NCBI GenBank assembly: GCA_040878085.1
Contig: JBBDMU010000028.1
Coordinates: forward strand, 22,681 to 86,680
Length of the DNA: 64,000 bases
From: Balneolales bacterium
Lineage (GTDB): Bacteria > Bacteroidota > Rhodothermia > Balneolales > Natronogracilivirgulaceae
Direction of reading: 5' to 3'
Within the stretch, counting starts at the first letter, position 1, and every line of letters starts with the position of its first letter. This document shows positions 38,026 to 47,116 of the stretch, piece after piece. The notes below the pieces were generated by a model. The model saw nothing but the letters and a program-made list of their open reading frames with translations. It ran no database searches and had not been told where the DNA came from. Both the position numbers and the translations under genes were made by a program.

Positions 38026-38080
38026 CCAGAAACGAGAAACCAGAAACCGGAGACCAGAGACCGGAAACCAGAGACCAGAA
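38026..38080. repeat. degenerate 7-nt tandem array (CCAGAAA/CCGGAGA/CCAGAGA)
   Basis: Eight heptads: CCAGAAA CGAGAAA CCAGAAA CCGGAGA CCAGAGA CCGGAAA CCAGAGA CCAGAA. The array ends 4 nt from the stop codon of the minus-strand gene 38085-38519. Confidence 0.85.
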
Positions 38081-38084
38081 TTGC

Positions 38085-38519
38085 TCACGGGAACAGCCCC
38101 GTGCCAACCTCTACCAATACCACAATAACCACTGCGTAAACTAGTATGCTGATAAACGCTCCCCACATGAATGTTTTTCTCGGCATATTCAGCATCTTTG
38201 CCATAGCGCCCATGGCCCAGACCCCGACCCAGGGGGTGATGACGAGCATGTACCACAGCCCGTATTTGTTGATGTTAGCTGCCGCCCGTTCAGAAGTATA
38301 TCTGTTCAGCCAAAGGCGGATTTTCTGGTAGCGCATCAGCAAGGTGTATCCATATTCGATGAGTAGGACGGGAGTGAAGTTGCCGGCTACCGAGAAGATG
38401 ATCACTGAGACCTGGTCCAGGCCCATGGCCAATCCGGCGGGCACGGCGATAATGATTTCTGCAAAGGGAACAAAGCCCAGGAACCAGAGTGAAAAGGCTT
38501 TAAGAAGGTAGTCGAGCAT
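38085..38519 (-). CDS. small membrane protein, 'small multidrug export'-like (Sm_multidrug_ex/COG2426-like)
   Basis: Start moved to ATG38519 (MLDYLLKAFSLWFLGFVPFAEIIIAVPAGLAMGLD). It has four predicted TM helices. The family call is from memory of PF06695-type sequences. Confidence 0.5.
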   Translation of the reverse strand: MLDYLLKAFSLWFLGFVPFAEIIIAVPAGLAMGLDQVSVIIFSVAGNFTPVLLIEYGYTLLMRYQKIRLWLNRYTSERAAANINKYGLWYMLVITPWVGVWAMGAMAKMLNMPRKTFMWGAFISILVYAVVIVVLVEVGTGLFP

Positions 38520-38525
38520 GACCTG

Positions 38526-38568
38526 TTGTAGGTTGTGGGTTGTACGCTTGCGCTGTTGTTGGTAGTGG
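38526..38568. repeat. R2 copy 2
   Basis: TTGTAGGTTGTGGGTTGTACGCT is identical (23/23) to 37936-37958. It lies 7 nt upstream of the start of the minus-strand gene. Confidence 0.85.
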
Positions 38569-38737
38569 CTGCAGCCAGGGGGGTAAACATACATTTTTTC
38601 CCGGACAGCTGGTACTATTACAATTACATCAAATCATCCCGAATGCTGTTCTTTTTGGAGGCTGTATCAAAAAAGTTTTAAAACTGCTCCGCGAGGCGTC
38701 CAAGCTTGCCTCAGCAGTCTTTTGAGACAGCCTCAAA

Positions 38738-38775
38738 ATAAAAAAAGGCCCGGGCTTTTGGGCCCGGACCTTTTT
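38738..38775. terminator. bidirectional intrinsic terminator
   Basis: An A-run precedes a GC stem (CCGGGC 38750-38755 pairs with GCCCGG 38762-38767, plus GG/CC outer pairs), followed by T5. On the minus strand the hairpin is followed by T7, 16 nt after the DUF4382 gene stop. Confidence 0.7.
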
Positions 38776-38790
38776 ACGGAGGAAAAATTA

Positions 38791-39612
38791 TTATTGGGAG
38801 GATACGGTCAATTCAATATCATTCAGTTCATTGGTTTCGCCAATGGTAACGGGTACATCCTCGATGGTTTCAGTTTCATAGCCATCTTCTCTGGCATTTA
38901 CTGACACGGTGTAGTTACCTTCTTCCAGGCTCACCAGGCGAAATTCACCGGTAAGAGTGTCTGCGTAAGTAGTTGACAGTGTGTCTTCACCACTGATTGC
39001 AAATACAGCAGGCCGTGCATCAACCGGAGAGATGGCACCTCCGATATTTCCCGTCACGGCTTCATTACTGGCCCGGATCACAGGTTTTAAGATATACCCT
39101 GGATCCGTTGGAGGGCCTGTTACAACAACCGAACGATCAGCATCAAAATCGAGAAGTAATACGTATTCCGTACCTTCATTAATTTCAGCATTGATATTAA
39201 GCTTGATTCCTGTCTGCGCGCCACTTGGGATGAACAAGTCTTTTTCTTCACCTGCAACTACTAAACTGTTTTGATCCTTGCTCAGGATCAAACGTATTTG
39301 AGGATAGGTTCCCGTTTCAAGTTCAGCATTACCCAGCACTTCATAGGCACCATTTGTCAATTCTAACAAATTATACTTCTGATTGGGCTCATTGATAACT
39401 TTCCAACCGCCCTCTTCATCGGCATTATTGATTTCCACTCGTTTCACAAATACATTTACCTCATCGTAATCCGCGGGGGCATCATGCAGCCGGATTTCCA
39501 TGGATCCCATGCCTGTATCAGAATTAGTAGAAATACCATCGCAACCTGTAATGAATAGCAGGGCAGCTGTGGAAATTGTATATATAGTTTTGGTAAGTTT
39601 TGATTGTATCAT
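38791..39612 (-). CDS. DUF4382-like lipoprotein with C-terminal carboxypeptidase-regulatory-like fold
   Basis: 273 aa. The lipobox is LLFITGCDG. The segment MEIRLHDAPADYDEVNVFVKRVEINN is typical of DUF4382. The C-terminus reads GEFRLVSLEEGNYTVSV. Confidence 0.65.
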   Translation of the reverse strand: MIQSKLTKTIYTISTAALLFITGCDGISTNSDTGMGSMEIRLHDAPADYDEVNVFVKRVEINNADEEGGWKVINEPNQKYNLLELTNGAYEVLGNAELETGTYPQIRLILSKDQNSLVVAGEEKDLFIPSGAQTGIKLNINAEINEGTEYVLLLDFDADRSVVVTGPPTDPGYILKPVIRASNEAVTGNIGGAISPVDARPAVFAISGEDTLSTTYADTLTGEFRLVSLEEGNYTVSVNAREDGYETETIEDVPVTIGETNELNDIELTVSSQ

Positions 39613-39710
39613 AGAATATTAATTTTGGGGTTAATTGAGTGCTTTAATTGCAATACCATTAAGAAAAGGGTATACCCCTAGTCGGACTTTAATGCTGGAA
39701 TGCAGGCTAG

Positions 39711-39905
39711 AGTACTATTCGGCATCTCGACTGTACTTACTATTCTTCTGCCTCCGATTGCGCGGTTTTTGATAATGAGAGAGAAACAATTAATATCCCA
39801 AAAAAAGAGCTCGGCATGACCTTAATACAAGGCCTGGCCAAACAGCCAAAGGGGGATCTAAATGTTCAAAAAGATGAAGGGACTTCGTTTATTGTTAAAT
39901 TTTAG
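39711..39905 (+). pseudogene. histidine-kinase HATPase_c C-terminal fragment
   Basis: Open frame without a start codon reads ...CAVFDNERETINIPKKELGMTLIQGLAKQPKGDLNVQKDEGTSFIVKF*. It is collinear with the C-terminus of the kinase at 34809 (LIISDNGIGLPQKKKSSTMGLMLTHGLTRQIGGTLSSQTQNGTTFSLTF). Confidence 0.6.
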
Positions 39906-39988
39906 AGCTGAAATTGGAACGTATTGGGTGTAATAGCTTTCTGTTACCTTTATTCCAGCCTTTATTTTGTCTACTCTAATATCTAGAC

Positions 39989-40025
39989 AAAAAAACCTGA
40001 CGTTCTATTTCGAACGCCAGGTTTT
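39989..40025 (-). terminator. intrinsic terminator of the 40066-41430 gene
   Basis: The stem AACCTGACGTTC / GAACGCCAGGTT has one A-C mismatch and a 6-nt loop. It is followed on the minus strand by a T7 run (A-run 39989-39995 on the plus strand). Confidence 0.75.
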
Positions 40026-40065
40026 ATTGTACAGTTGTAAGAAACTGTCGGATTACTTAAAAGCC

Positions 40066-41430
40066 TTATGCTACAATGGCACGTACCATAACAACAATAC
40101 TTGCAGCTGCACCGGCTTCCGCTTCAGCCATTCCTGATGCCTCAAAGGAAGTTTTGGCGTTTACTTGCGCATCGAGATAAAAGTCGGCGAATGCCTCTGC
40201 TGTAGCTTCCGCAACATTGTTGGTAAAGAGGGAGAGATTGATTAAGGCATTTTGAAGTGCATTTATTGATGAGTTGATCTCACCTTCCGCGGTAGTCCGC
40301 ATTTCGCTGCTGATATTAAAGTGGGATTCGGTTTCGGCATCCACTGAGGCTTTATATTCAGCCTTGGCGTCAACAATGGCCTTTGCAGAGGTTGCTTGTC
40401 TTATATCAGCCACAACCTCTGTTCTTGCTTCTGCAAGGGCGTCTAGTGTGACTTCGGAGGCGCCTTCCGCTTCAAACTTTTCCTCAATCGCGAGTGCCGA
40501 AGTTGTGGATAGGATCAGCTCCGCTTGTTTCCGGAGGTTTAATTCTGCATTTCCGTCGGCTTCGCCACTGGCCTCAATAAGTATGGAAGTAAAAGTTTGA
40601 TTGAATTGGGCCTGCGTTTCAAAATTAGCCCCGTTTTCTGAAAAGACATTGATATAAGACTCTTCAAGATTCGCATAGGCTTCGGTGCGGGCTTCAGCAT
40701 CCGTAGCGGCGGCAAGATCAGATTGAAAACGTGCATAGGCATCAGATCTGGCATCTGCTATGGCATTCATATCGATACCGGCTTCAGCTTTTGTATTGTA
40801 TTCAATCTGGGCATTTACAGCATTGGCAATGGCTATGCCCATATCTGCGGCACTTTCTGTGCGGGCATTAATATCAGCTGCCAAATCCGCATTGACAAAA
40901 ATGGATACATCTGCCGCCGTTACACCTTCATAGTGGCTATTCGAATTATCCTCTGATTTAGCTTCGAGATAGATATCGGCATGTGCATGGGATTCGGCTG
41001 TTAACGGACGTGAATTAACCGTTTCCCGGCCATCAACCTGTACAATGGTACTGGCTTCAAATTCTCCATCACCCTGTGCAAATACTCGTATATATTCGGC
41101 AGCTCCTTCTCCTTCCGCCATTAATGTAAATTCACCATTAGCATCGGTTGTGGTTTCGCCTTCCAGTGTTGAAACGGAACCGTCGGCATGAACTGCCACA
41201 GCGGTTACTACAGCACCTTCAACAGAGTTAAGAACTTCTGAAGACTCAGCTGTTTTACCGGCACGTTGATTATTTTGAGTACTTCCATTTTCAGTTGCCT
41301 GGCCGGACACGGTTACAGATTCAGTATCACCTACGGCATCAACGCCGGAATCACATCCGGTACTGAAGAAGACCAAAAAACCAAGAATGGCAGGTATGAA
41401 ATTATATCGTAATATTTTTGTTGTAATCAT
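40066..41430 (-). CDS. lipoprotein with carboxypeptidase-regulatory-like domain and long Ala/Glu-rich helical region
   Basis: Start moved to ATG41430 (MITTKILRYNFIPAILGFLVFFSTGCDSG, lipobox). The CarboxypepD_reg-like segment reads VEGAVVTAVAVHADGSVSTLEGETTTDANGEFTL. The remaining ~300 aa are low-complexity A/E/T-rich. Confidence 0.6.
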   Translation of the reverse strand: MITTKILRYNFIPAILGFLVFFSTGCDSGVDAVGDTESVTVSGQATENGSTQNNQRAGKTAESSEVLNSVEGAVVTAVAVHADGSVSTLEGETTTDANGEFTLMAEGEGAAEYIRVFAQGDGEFEASTIVQVDGRETVNSRPLTAESHAHADIYLEAKSEDNSNSHYEGVTAADVSIFVNADLAADINARTESAADMGIAIANAVNAQIEYNTKAEAGIDMNAIADARSDAYARFQSDLAAATDAEARTEAYANLEESYINVFSENGANFETQAQFNQTFTSILIEASGEADGNAELNLRKQAELILSTTSALAIEEKFEAEGASEVTLDALAEARTEVVADIRQATSAKAIVDAKAEYKASVDAETESHFNISSEMRTTAEGEINSSINALQNALINLSLFTNNVAEATAEAFADFYLDAQVNAKTSFEASGMAEAEAGAAASIVVMVRAIVA

Positions 41431-41846
41431 AATAATCGTATTGAAATTTATATTTACTGCTTCATCCGATGAAAATGTTATCGGATGAGTATTGTTTAGT
41501 GAATTAATAAAGCTCACTCTTAGTTGGTATACAAATGAGGAAGGTTCTACCACTAATCTTAATTATGATTTCTTAGAAATTTCTAGCCTTGTACTAAATA
41601 TCTTCAATTATTGACTCAGTATTGACTCTATAGCGACGCGTACAAACATTTAGCAAATGAGATCTGATCGCATCGTTTGATCATATAAATGGGTCGTTAT
41701 AGCAAAATGGCGTATGTAAAAACAAGCGAAATTAGATCTCAGCAGGAGAATTTGATCAAATCACTAATCAAAAGCTTGCCCGGTTTATGTGTATTGTGAT
41801 CAGAAAGGCCGCATTCATGAATGGAATTCCATACCTTATTTTATGT

Positions 41847-42932
41847 TTATCTTAGATAAGGCACAATATCGTTATCCAGTGTTCTCATAAGGCGTCTGCT
41901 ATAGTTTCGGGTAGCGCCGCTTTGATTGGCTGATGTAACGGCAATAACGGCATTGAGCTCTGGAAGTATTTGAATGAACTGTCCGCCATTGCCCCAGGCA
42001 TAGATTACATGATTATCGCCGGCCATGCGCCTGAACCATAAATAGCCATAATCATCAATGGGGCCACGACCGGTTAATGGTTGAATGGATTGAAGTATCC
42101 AATCGGGTGATACAATACGTTTGTCATTATATACGCCCATATCCATCATCATCTGGCCAATTTTGATCATATCAGAGGGAAGTAATGCCATATTATTACC
42201 TCCCATATAATTGCCTTGTGGGTCGCGGTCCCAGCCATGAACCTTGATATCTAAGGGGTTAAATAGATATTGGTTGGCAAAGGCAAGGGTGCTCATATTT
42301 GTTGCCCTGGCCAGTACGACAGCAAGCAAATGGGTGGTGCCGGTACTGTAAATTCTGTCATTACCGGGTTCTCCTACAAGTGGTCGATCCAGTGCATAGC
42401 GGATCCAGTCGCTGCTTGTTACCCACCGGCCGTATCGGCGGCCACTTGTTGATTGCAGGCCTGCCCTCATCGTCAGTAAATCACCAATGGTGATGAATGC
42501 TTTTCCAGAGTTTCGATTCTCAGAAAAATATTCCGGGAAGAATTCTTCTATTGTCTGATCTATACCGTCCAGATAACCTTGATCAATGGCAATGCCTGTA
42601 AGGATTGAAAGAATGCTTTTGGATGCTGATTTGATGTTGTTTGCCTGTCCGGAGTGCATGCCTCTAAAATATTCTTCGGCAATAAGTTCGCCATTTTTAC
42701 TTATTAAAATGCTATTTATGGGCCCCACAGTTTCTATCCGATGTAACACAGTATCAAGAGGAACTCTGGGAATATCAGGAGGACTAACTATTTCAGTCAA
42801 TTTCTCACTTATGTTATATGCTATTTCATTTTCTGATGTATAAGTGTCGGAAGTAGATATCATTATTACAACCAATACGAATAAGGAAATGATTACTAAA
42901 ACCGTTAACAAAGCTTTAGGAAGATGATTCAT
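41847..42932 (-). CDS. serine hydrolase (beta-lactamase/transpeptidase-like family)
   Basis: 361 aa with an N-terminal TM/signal helix. The S-x-x-K motif occurs in IKSASKSILSILTG. It resembles class-C-like beta-lactamase-related proteins. Confidence 0.8.
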   Translation of the reverse strand: MNHLPKALLTVLVIISLFVLVVIMISTSDTYTSENEIAYNISEKLTEIVSPPDIPRVPLDTVLHRIETVGPINSILISKNGELIAEEYFRGMHSGQANNIKSASKSILSILTGIAIDQGYLDGIDQTIEEFFPEYFSENRNSGKAFITIGDLLTMRAGLQSTSGRRYGRWVTSSDWIRYALDRPLVGEPGNDRIYSTGTTHLLAVVLARATNMSTLAFANQYLFNPLDIKVHGWDRDPQGNYMGGNNMALLPSDMIKIGQMMMDMGVYNDKRIVSPDWILQSIQPLTGRGPIDDYGYLWFRRMAGDNHVIYAWGNGGQFIQILPELNAVIAVTSANQSGATRNYSRRLMRTLDNDIVPYLR

Positions 42933-43016
42933 GTAATAAAAGGGTTGAGTTTTCTCCTGAATGAAAGGTTAGAATAGAAGTTAATGTGATAAGATGCTAA
43001 TAACTCAAAGATAAGT

Positions 43017-43051
43017 TTGACCCAATATACGCTAATTATCTATTGGGTCAA
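43017..43051. repeat. 11-bp perfect inverted repeat (TTGACCCAATA / TATTGGGTCAA), 13-nt loop
   Basis: Seen directly. It lies between the stop of 43104-43880 and the start of 41847-42932, both on the minus strand. No U-run follows. Confidence 0.8.
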
Positions 43052-43103
43052 TTTGGAAAAAAGCATAAGCAGGAATACCATAAACAATTAGAATTTCCTC
43101 TTT

Positions 43104-43880
43104 TTAATTTCTCCATGGATTTGCGCTGCGGTTTAGATAACCATGATATAGTATGGCTGCCAATAGAATTAATGCGCCTATACCGGCTGTAACAGTTATT
43201 TCCAAATTGGTGGATCCATGCCTGACGCCTATAGCCACGAAAGCCCAAATACCCACCAATGCAGATTCCCTTAAATTTCTTGTAAATATTAAAAGTAAAT
43301 AGATAGCTGTGGCTGCCAATATCAGTATAATAGTCCAGGTTTGAGGGGATAGGGGAGATCCATCCCAATTTAAGGTGGTAAGAAATGCCGCAATATTGGC
43401 TACTGTTGCAACAATTATCCATCCAAAATATATAGCAAAGGGCCACCAGACAAATATCAAAATGCGAACAGGGGCATCCCATATTTCCAACTTAAGCCTG
43501 GAAACTAATGCGATTAGCGAAAAAAGCAGGAAAAGTATGGCCAGTACGGATAATCCTATATATTCATTCAGCCATAAAAACAACCAACCGGCATTGGCAA
43601 GATTAGAAACGATAAAGATAGCGCCAGTTTGATTAATAATATCATGATCATCTTTTCTTGAAAGGGCGACCCATTGAAATATAACAAAGCCAGCTAACAA
43701 CAAATAAATAAATCCCCATATTGAAAATGCGTAGCCTGCCGGTGTAAACATGGTATCATATTTTTGGCTTACATCTCCTACACTATTATCACCAATTTCA
43801 CCGGTCCCGGCCAGGGCATTCAAAATAATAACAGCAGTTAATGTAAGGGTGTTTAGTAGCACCAAAGTTACCTTCGACAT
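43104..43880 (-). CDS. polytopic membrane protein, TspO/MBR-related (tryptophan-rich sensory protein-like)
   Basis: 258 aa with about 7 TM helices and many Trp residues. The segment FTPAGYAFSIWGFIYLLL resembles proteins annotated as tryptophan-rich sensory protein. This is from memory and unverified. Confidence 0.45.
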   Translation of the reverse strand: MSKVTLVLLNTLTLTAVIILNALAGTGEIGDNSVGDVSQKYDTMFTPAGYAFSIWGFIYLLLAGFVIFQWVALSRKDDHDIINQTGAIFIVSNLANAGWLFLWLNEYIGLSVLAILFLLFSLIALVSRLKLEIWDAPVRILIFVWWPFAIYFGWIIVATVANIAAFLTTLNWDGSPLSPQTWTIILILAATAIYLLLIFTRNLRESALVGIWAFVAIGVRHGSTNLEITVTAGIGALILLAAILYHGYLNRSANPWRN

Positions 43881-44081
43881 ATATATAAATCAGTTATGAA
43901 TAATAGAGATATTTCCCGTTAGATTAAGCACCTAAGAGCCATAAAAGAGAAACCTGTTGCGGTTTATATAAGTTCTTCACTATACTCTAATGGAATAAGA
44001 TAATATATATAATATCAAATTCATTACTGCAAATTTGTATTTACCATTTCCGATATAGCATAAATCCTAAATAAAGATAAA

Positions 44082-45410
44082 ATGGACATAAACCGCAGAC
44101 AATTTATAAAAAAGACCTCACTTTCAACTGCCGGGCTTGGCATGTTTACTATTTTGCCATCATCTGTATGGGGAGCAAAAGTGGCCCCCAGCGATCAGAT
44201 AAATGTAGCATTAATTGGATGCCGTGGCCATGGTTTCGGAATCCTGAAGCATCATCTCGACAATAATGATACAAATTGTGTTGCCTTATGCGATGTGGAT
44301 AATACAGTACTTACTGAACGAGCCAATGATGTAAAGGAGACCTACGGCCAAAGTCCCACACTTTACAAAGACTTCAGAAAGTTGCTCGAGCAAACGGATA
44401 TAGATGCCGTGATAATTGGTACTCCGGATCATTGGCATTGTCTTATGTTTGTTTATGCCAGTCAGGCGGGGAAGGATATTTATGTGGAAAAACCAATGGC
44501 CAACACCATTGGCGAATGTGATATCATGGTAAAAGCCGCTAATCGATACGGAAGGGTGGTGCAGGTTGGACAGCAACAACGAAGTAATATCGCATTTAAA
44601 GAGCCTATGGATATAATTAATGCGGGTGAAATCGGCAAGCTACGTCAGGTAAATATATGGGCTAATTTTAATTACGGATTGGGTACAGCACCTTCTGAAG
44701 ACACATCCGTTCCCGAGGGTGTAGATTATGATTTTTGGTTAGGGCCTGCTCCCGCGCGTCCATTTAACACAGCACGATTTCATGGGAGCTGGAGACACTA
44801 CTGGGACTATGGCGGTGGACTCTTCTCCGACTGGGGCGTACACCTATTAGATGTGGGATTATGGCCGGATAACATCCTTGAGGGCCCGAACAAAGTGATG
44901 ACTTTTGCAGGTAATACTTCAGGACAAGCCGGGATGCGGGAAACTTTCGATTCGATGAATGTTACTTATCCCAAAGAAAATTATGTTATCAATTTTAATA
45001 TGACAGCCGGGGTGCAGGAAGGCCCCTGGGGGAAATCATATGGATTATCCTATGTAGGCGACAAAGGAACCATTGTAGCAGATCGAAGTGGATACGATTT
45101 ATATCCCGAATGGGACGGTGATGTAGACGAATATAAAACTGAAGCCCGATCATTGACAGATAGTGGCAGTGCACATAACTTACACGTCAGGAATTTTCTG
45201 GATTGTATTAAAACAAGAGAATCTCCCATTTGCACTCCTGAAAAAGGCTACGCCGCTGCTGTTCACGCACATATACCGAATATAGCTGGGCGGATCGGCG
45301 AGAACCTGCTTGAATGGGATGATGAAAACCTCCGGTTCACCAACAGCGAAAAAGCAAACCAATATATTACGCCGGAATACAGGGCACCCTGGACGCTTCC
45401 TAAAATCTAA
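44082..45410 (+). CDS. Gfo/Idh/MocA-family oxidoreductase with Tat signal
   Basis: 442 aa. The twin-arginine signal is MDINRRQFIKKTSLSTAGLG. The Rossmann start is VALIGCRGHGF, and EKPMA is the family motif. Confidence 0.85.
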   Translation: MDINRRQFIKKTSLSTAGLGMFTILPSSVWGAKVAPSDQINVALIGCRGHGFGILKHHLDNNDTNCVALCDVDNTVLTERANDVKETYGQSPTLYKDFRKLLEQTDIDAVIIGTPDHWHCLMFVYASQAGKDIYVEKPMANTIGECDIMVKAANRYGRVVQVGQQQRSNIAFKEPMDIINAGEIGKLRQVNIWANFNYGLGTAPSEDTSVPEGVDYDFWLGPAPARPFNTARFHGSWRHYWDYGGGLFSDWGVHLLDVGLWPDNILEGPNKVMTFAGNTSGQAGMRETFDSMNVTYPKENYVINFNMTAGVQEGPWGKSYGLSYVGDKGTIVADRSGYDLYPEWDGDVDEYKTEARSLTDSGSAHNLHVRNFLDCIKTRESPICTPEKGYAAAVHAHIPNIAGRIGENLLEWDDENLRFTNSEKANQYITPEYRAPWTLPKI

Positions 45411-45428
45411 TCTTAAAAAGACGAAAAC

Positions 45429-46283
45429 ATGTTTACGCGAAGAAACTTTATAAAAACAGCAATGGCAAGTGGCGCAGGTTTAAATGCGGTAAGTCCAATA
45501 ATGGCATTTTTGTCTGAAAGGAAGCTCAATAACATAGGGTTTATTTCAGGCATATTGGGTTCTGATATAAGAGGTGATAACTGGCAATCTGTCCTCAAAC
45601 AGACGGTTGATTATGGTTATTCTGAAATAGAAATTGGCAGCCATTTAGGCGACTCAGCAAGTAGTTTTCTTGCTTATTGTAAAGACATTGGCCTGAAACC
45701 TGTTGCCGGAGGGTTAGGGAGCTTGACTGAGGATGTCGATACCATAAAGAAATCGCTGGATCGGCTTAACGCTTTAGAAAGTCAATACGCAGTAATTTAC
45801 TGGCCATATTTTGTTGGTGCACCATTCACGCCAGATGATTGCAAAAGAAGTGTGGAGGTTATGAACAAAACAGGTGAAATATGCAAAAGTCGTGGCATTA
45901 CCCTATGCTGGCACAATCATGCTGATGAGTTTGTTACCATGGATGATGGTAATCTTCCCTTTGACTACCTGATGGATAATACTGAGGAAGATCTTGTGCA
46001 ATGTGAGCTTGATATTTACTGGGTAACAAAAGGGGGCGCTGATCCCGTGGAGGTACTGAAGAAATACCCGGGAAGGTATAAAGTTCTTCACGTGAAGGAT
46101 ATGGCCCCCGGTACAGAGCAGGATTTCGCTTATCCCGGTGAGGGAATTATTGATTGGAAAGGTGTTTTTGCCGAATCCACGAACCAGGGGATACAACATT
46201 TTAATGTAGAAAAAGACAATGCTGAAAATGGTCTTGCAGGCTTGCGGTCATCAGCGCCTTTTTTGAAAGGATTGACATTTTAA
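45429..46283 (+). CDS. sugar phosphate isomerase/epimerase (xylose-isomerase-like TIM barrel) with Tat-like signal
   Basis: 284 aa. The N-terminus is MFTRRNFIKTAMASGAG. TIM-barrel family features (WHNHADEF, HVKD) are present. It starts 18 nt after the oxidoreductase, so the two are a likely operon. Confidence 0.75.
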   Translation: MFTRRNFIKTAMASGAGLNAVSPIMAFLSERKLNNIGFISGILGSDIRGDNWQSVLKQTVDYGYSEIEIGSHLGDSASSFLAYCKDIGLKPVAGGLGSLTEDVDTIKKSLDRLNALESQYAVIYWPYFVGAPFTPDDCKRSVEVMNKTGEICKSRGITLCWHNHADEFVTMDDGNLPFDYLMDNTEEDLVQCELDIYWVTKGGADPVEVLKKYPGRYKVLHVKDMAPGTEQDFAYPGEGIIDWKGVFAESTNQGIQHFNVEKDNAENGLAGLRSSAPFLKGLTF

Positions 46284-46539
46284 CAGTATAGCTACTAATG
46301 AGCTTGATTAAACATTTTTCAATGTTTACCCGAAATGGGTAATTCCAATTTCAGCATTAAAACTATTCCTAATTTTATAGTCGTTATATGAGCTTATCAT
46401 ACAAGTGTTTATGAATGCATATTATTTATTCAACTATTGCTACTCTACACTAAGCCAAAAAAGCAGGTACCTTCTCTCCGATGAATCGGAGGGATTGATA
46501 ATAAGCAAAAATGAGAAAGGTTAATCCAACCCTGAGTAC

Positions 46540-46773
46540 TTATATGCTATAATAATAATACCCCAGCAATAGGAGTGCAAAGATGAGCCCGAAGAAGAAT
46601 CCAATCATAATGCCTTTCCAGTGATTATCTACCTCGGGATTAGCCTTGGCTTCCTTCCTGCGCTCCGATACCCGGCGCAGAGTTTCTACTGCCCCGTCGA
46701 ACGTACCAATGCCCTCATCCACAAACTTGAACAATAGGTATATACCTACAATGACTAATATTGATGCAAACAC
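46540..46773 (-). CDS. small two-TM membrane protein, hypothetical
   Basis: 77-aa ORF. Two hydrophobic helices flank a charged loop (RRVSERRKEAKANPEVDNHWK). No family was recognised. Confidence 0.4.
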   Translation of the reverse strand: MFASILVIVGIYLLFKFVDEGIGTFDGAVETLRRVSERRKEAKANPEVDNHWKGIMIGFFFGLIFALLLLGYYYYSI

Positions 46774-47116
46774 AACTTAAAAATTTTATGGGCAGAATCA
46801 CCAATAAGATAAGATTCTCTGAATCATTATCTATCCGGTGTTTTCTTTTTTGTATTTATTTTAATACAAGTAGGGATAATACGAAAAATAACAACACTCA
46901 GTGTCCGCTTTAAGCAAAACAAGCAAAAAGTGGATCAACAAAGCAGGTAATACATAAGAAACCACTAACCCGGAAAAGGAGCCAAGCACGCCCGGGTCGT
47001 TTTTTATGACGATTCTGAAAATGTAAATTGAGACCAGAGAAATATTATTAATATTTTAGGTTGAATAAAAGCTTTCTGATTAATAATATAAAATATAGTA
47101 TTGGTGGCAAGTCTAA

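Noticed and set aside
43048-43482. 144-aa minus-strand ORF overlapping the TspO-like gene; similar alternate-frame ORFs occur inside gltB, gltD, SulP and gdhA
   Set aside because: These are out-of-frame overlaps with well-supported genes, and their products are Cys/Tyr/Ser-rich nonsense.
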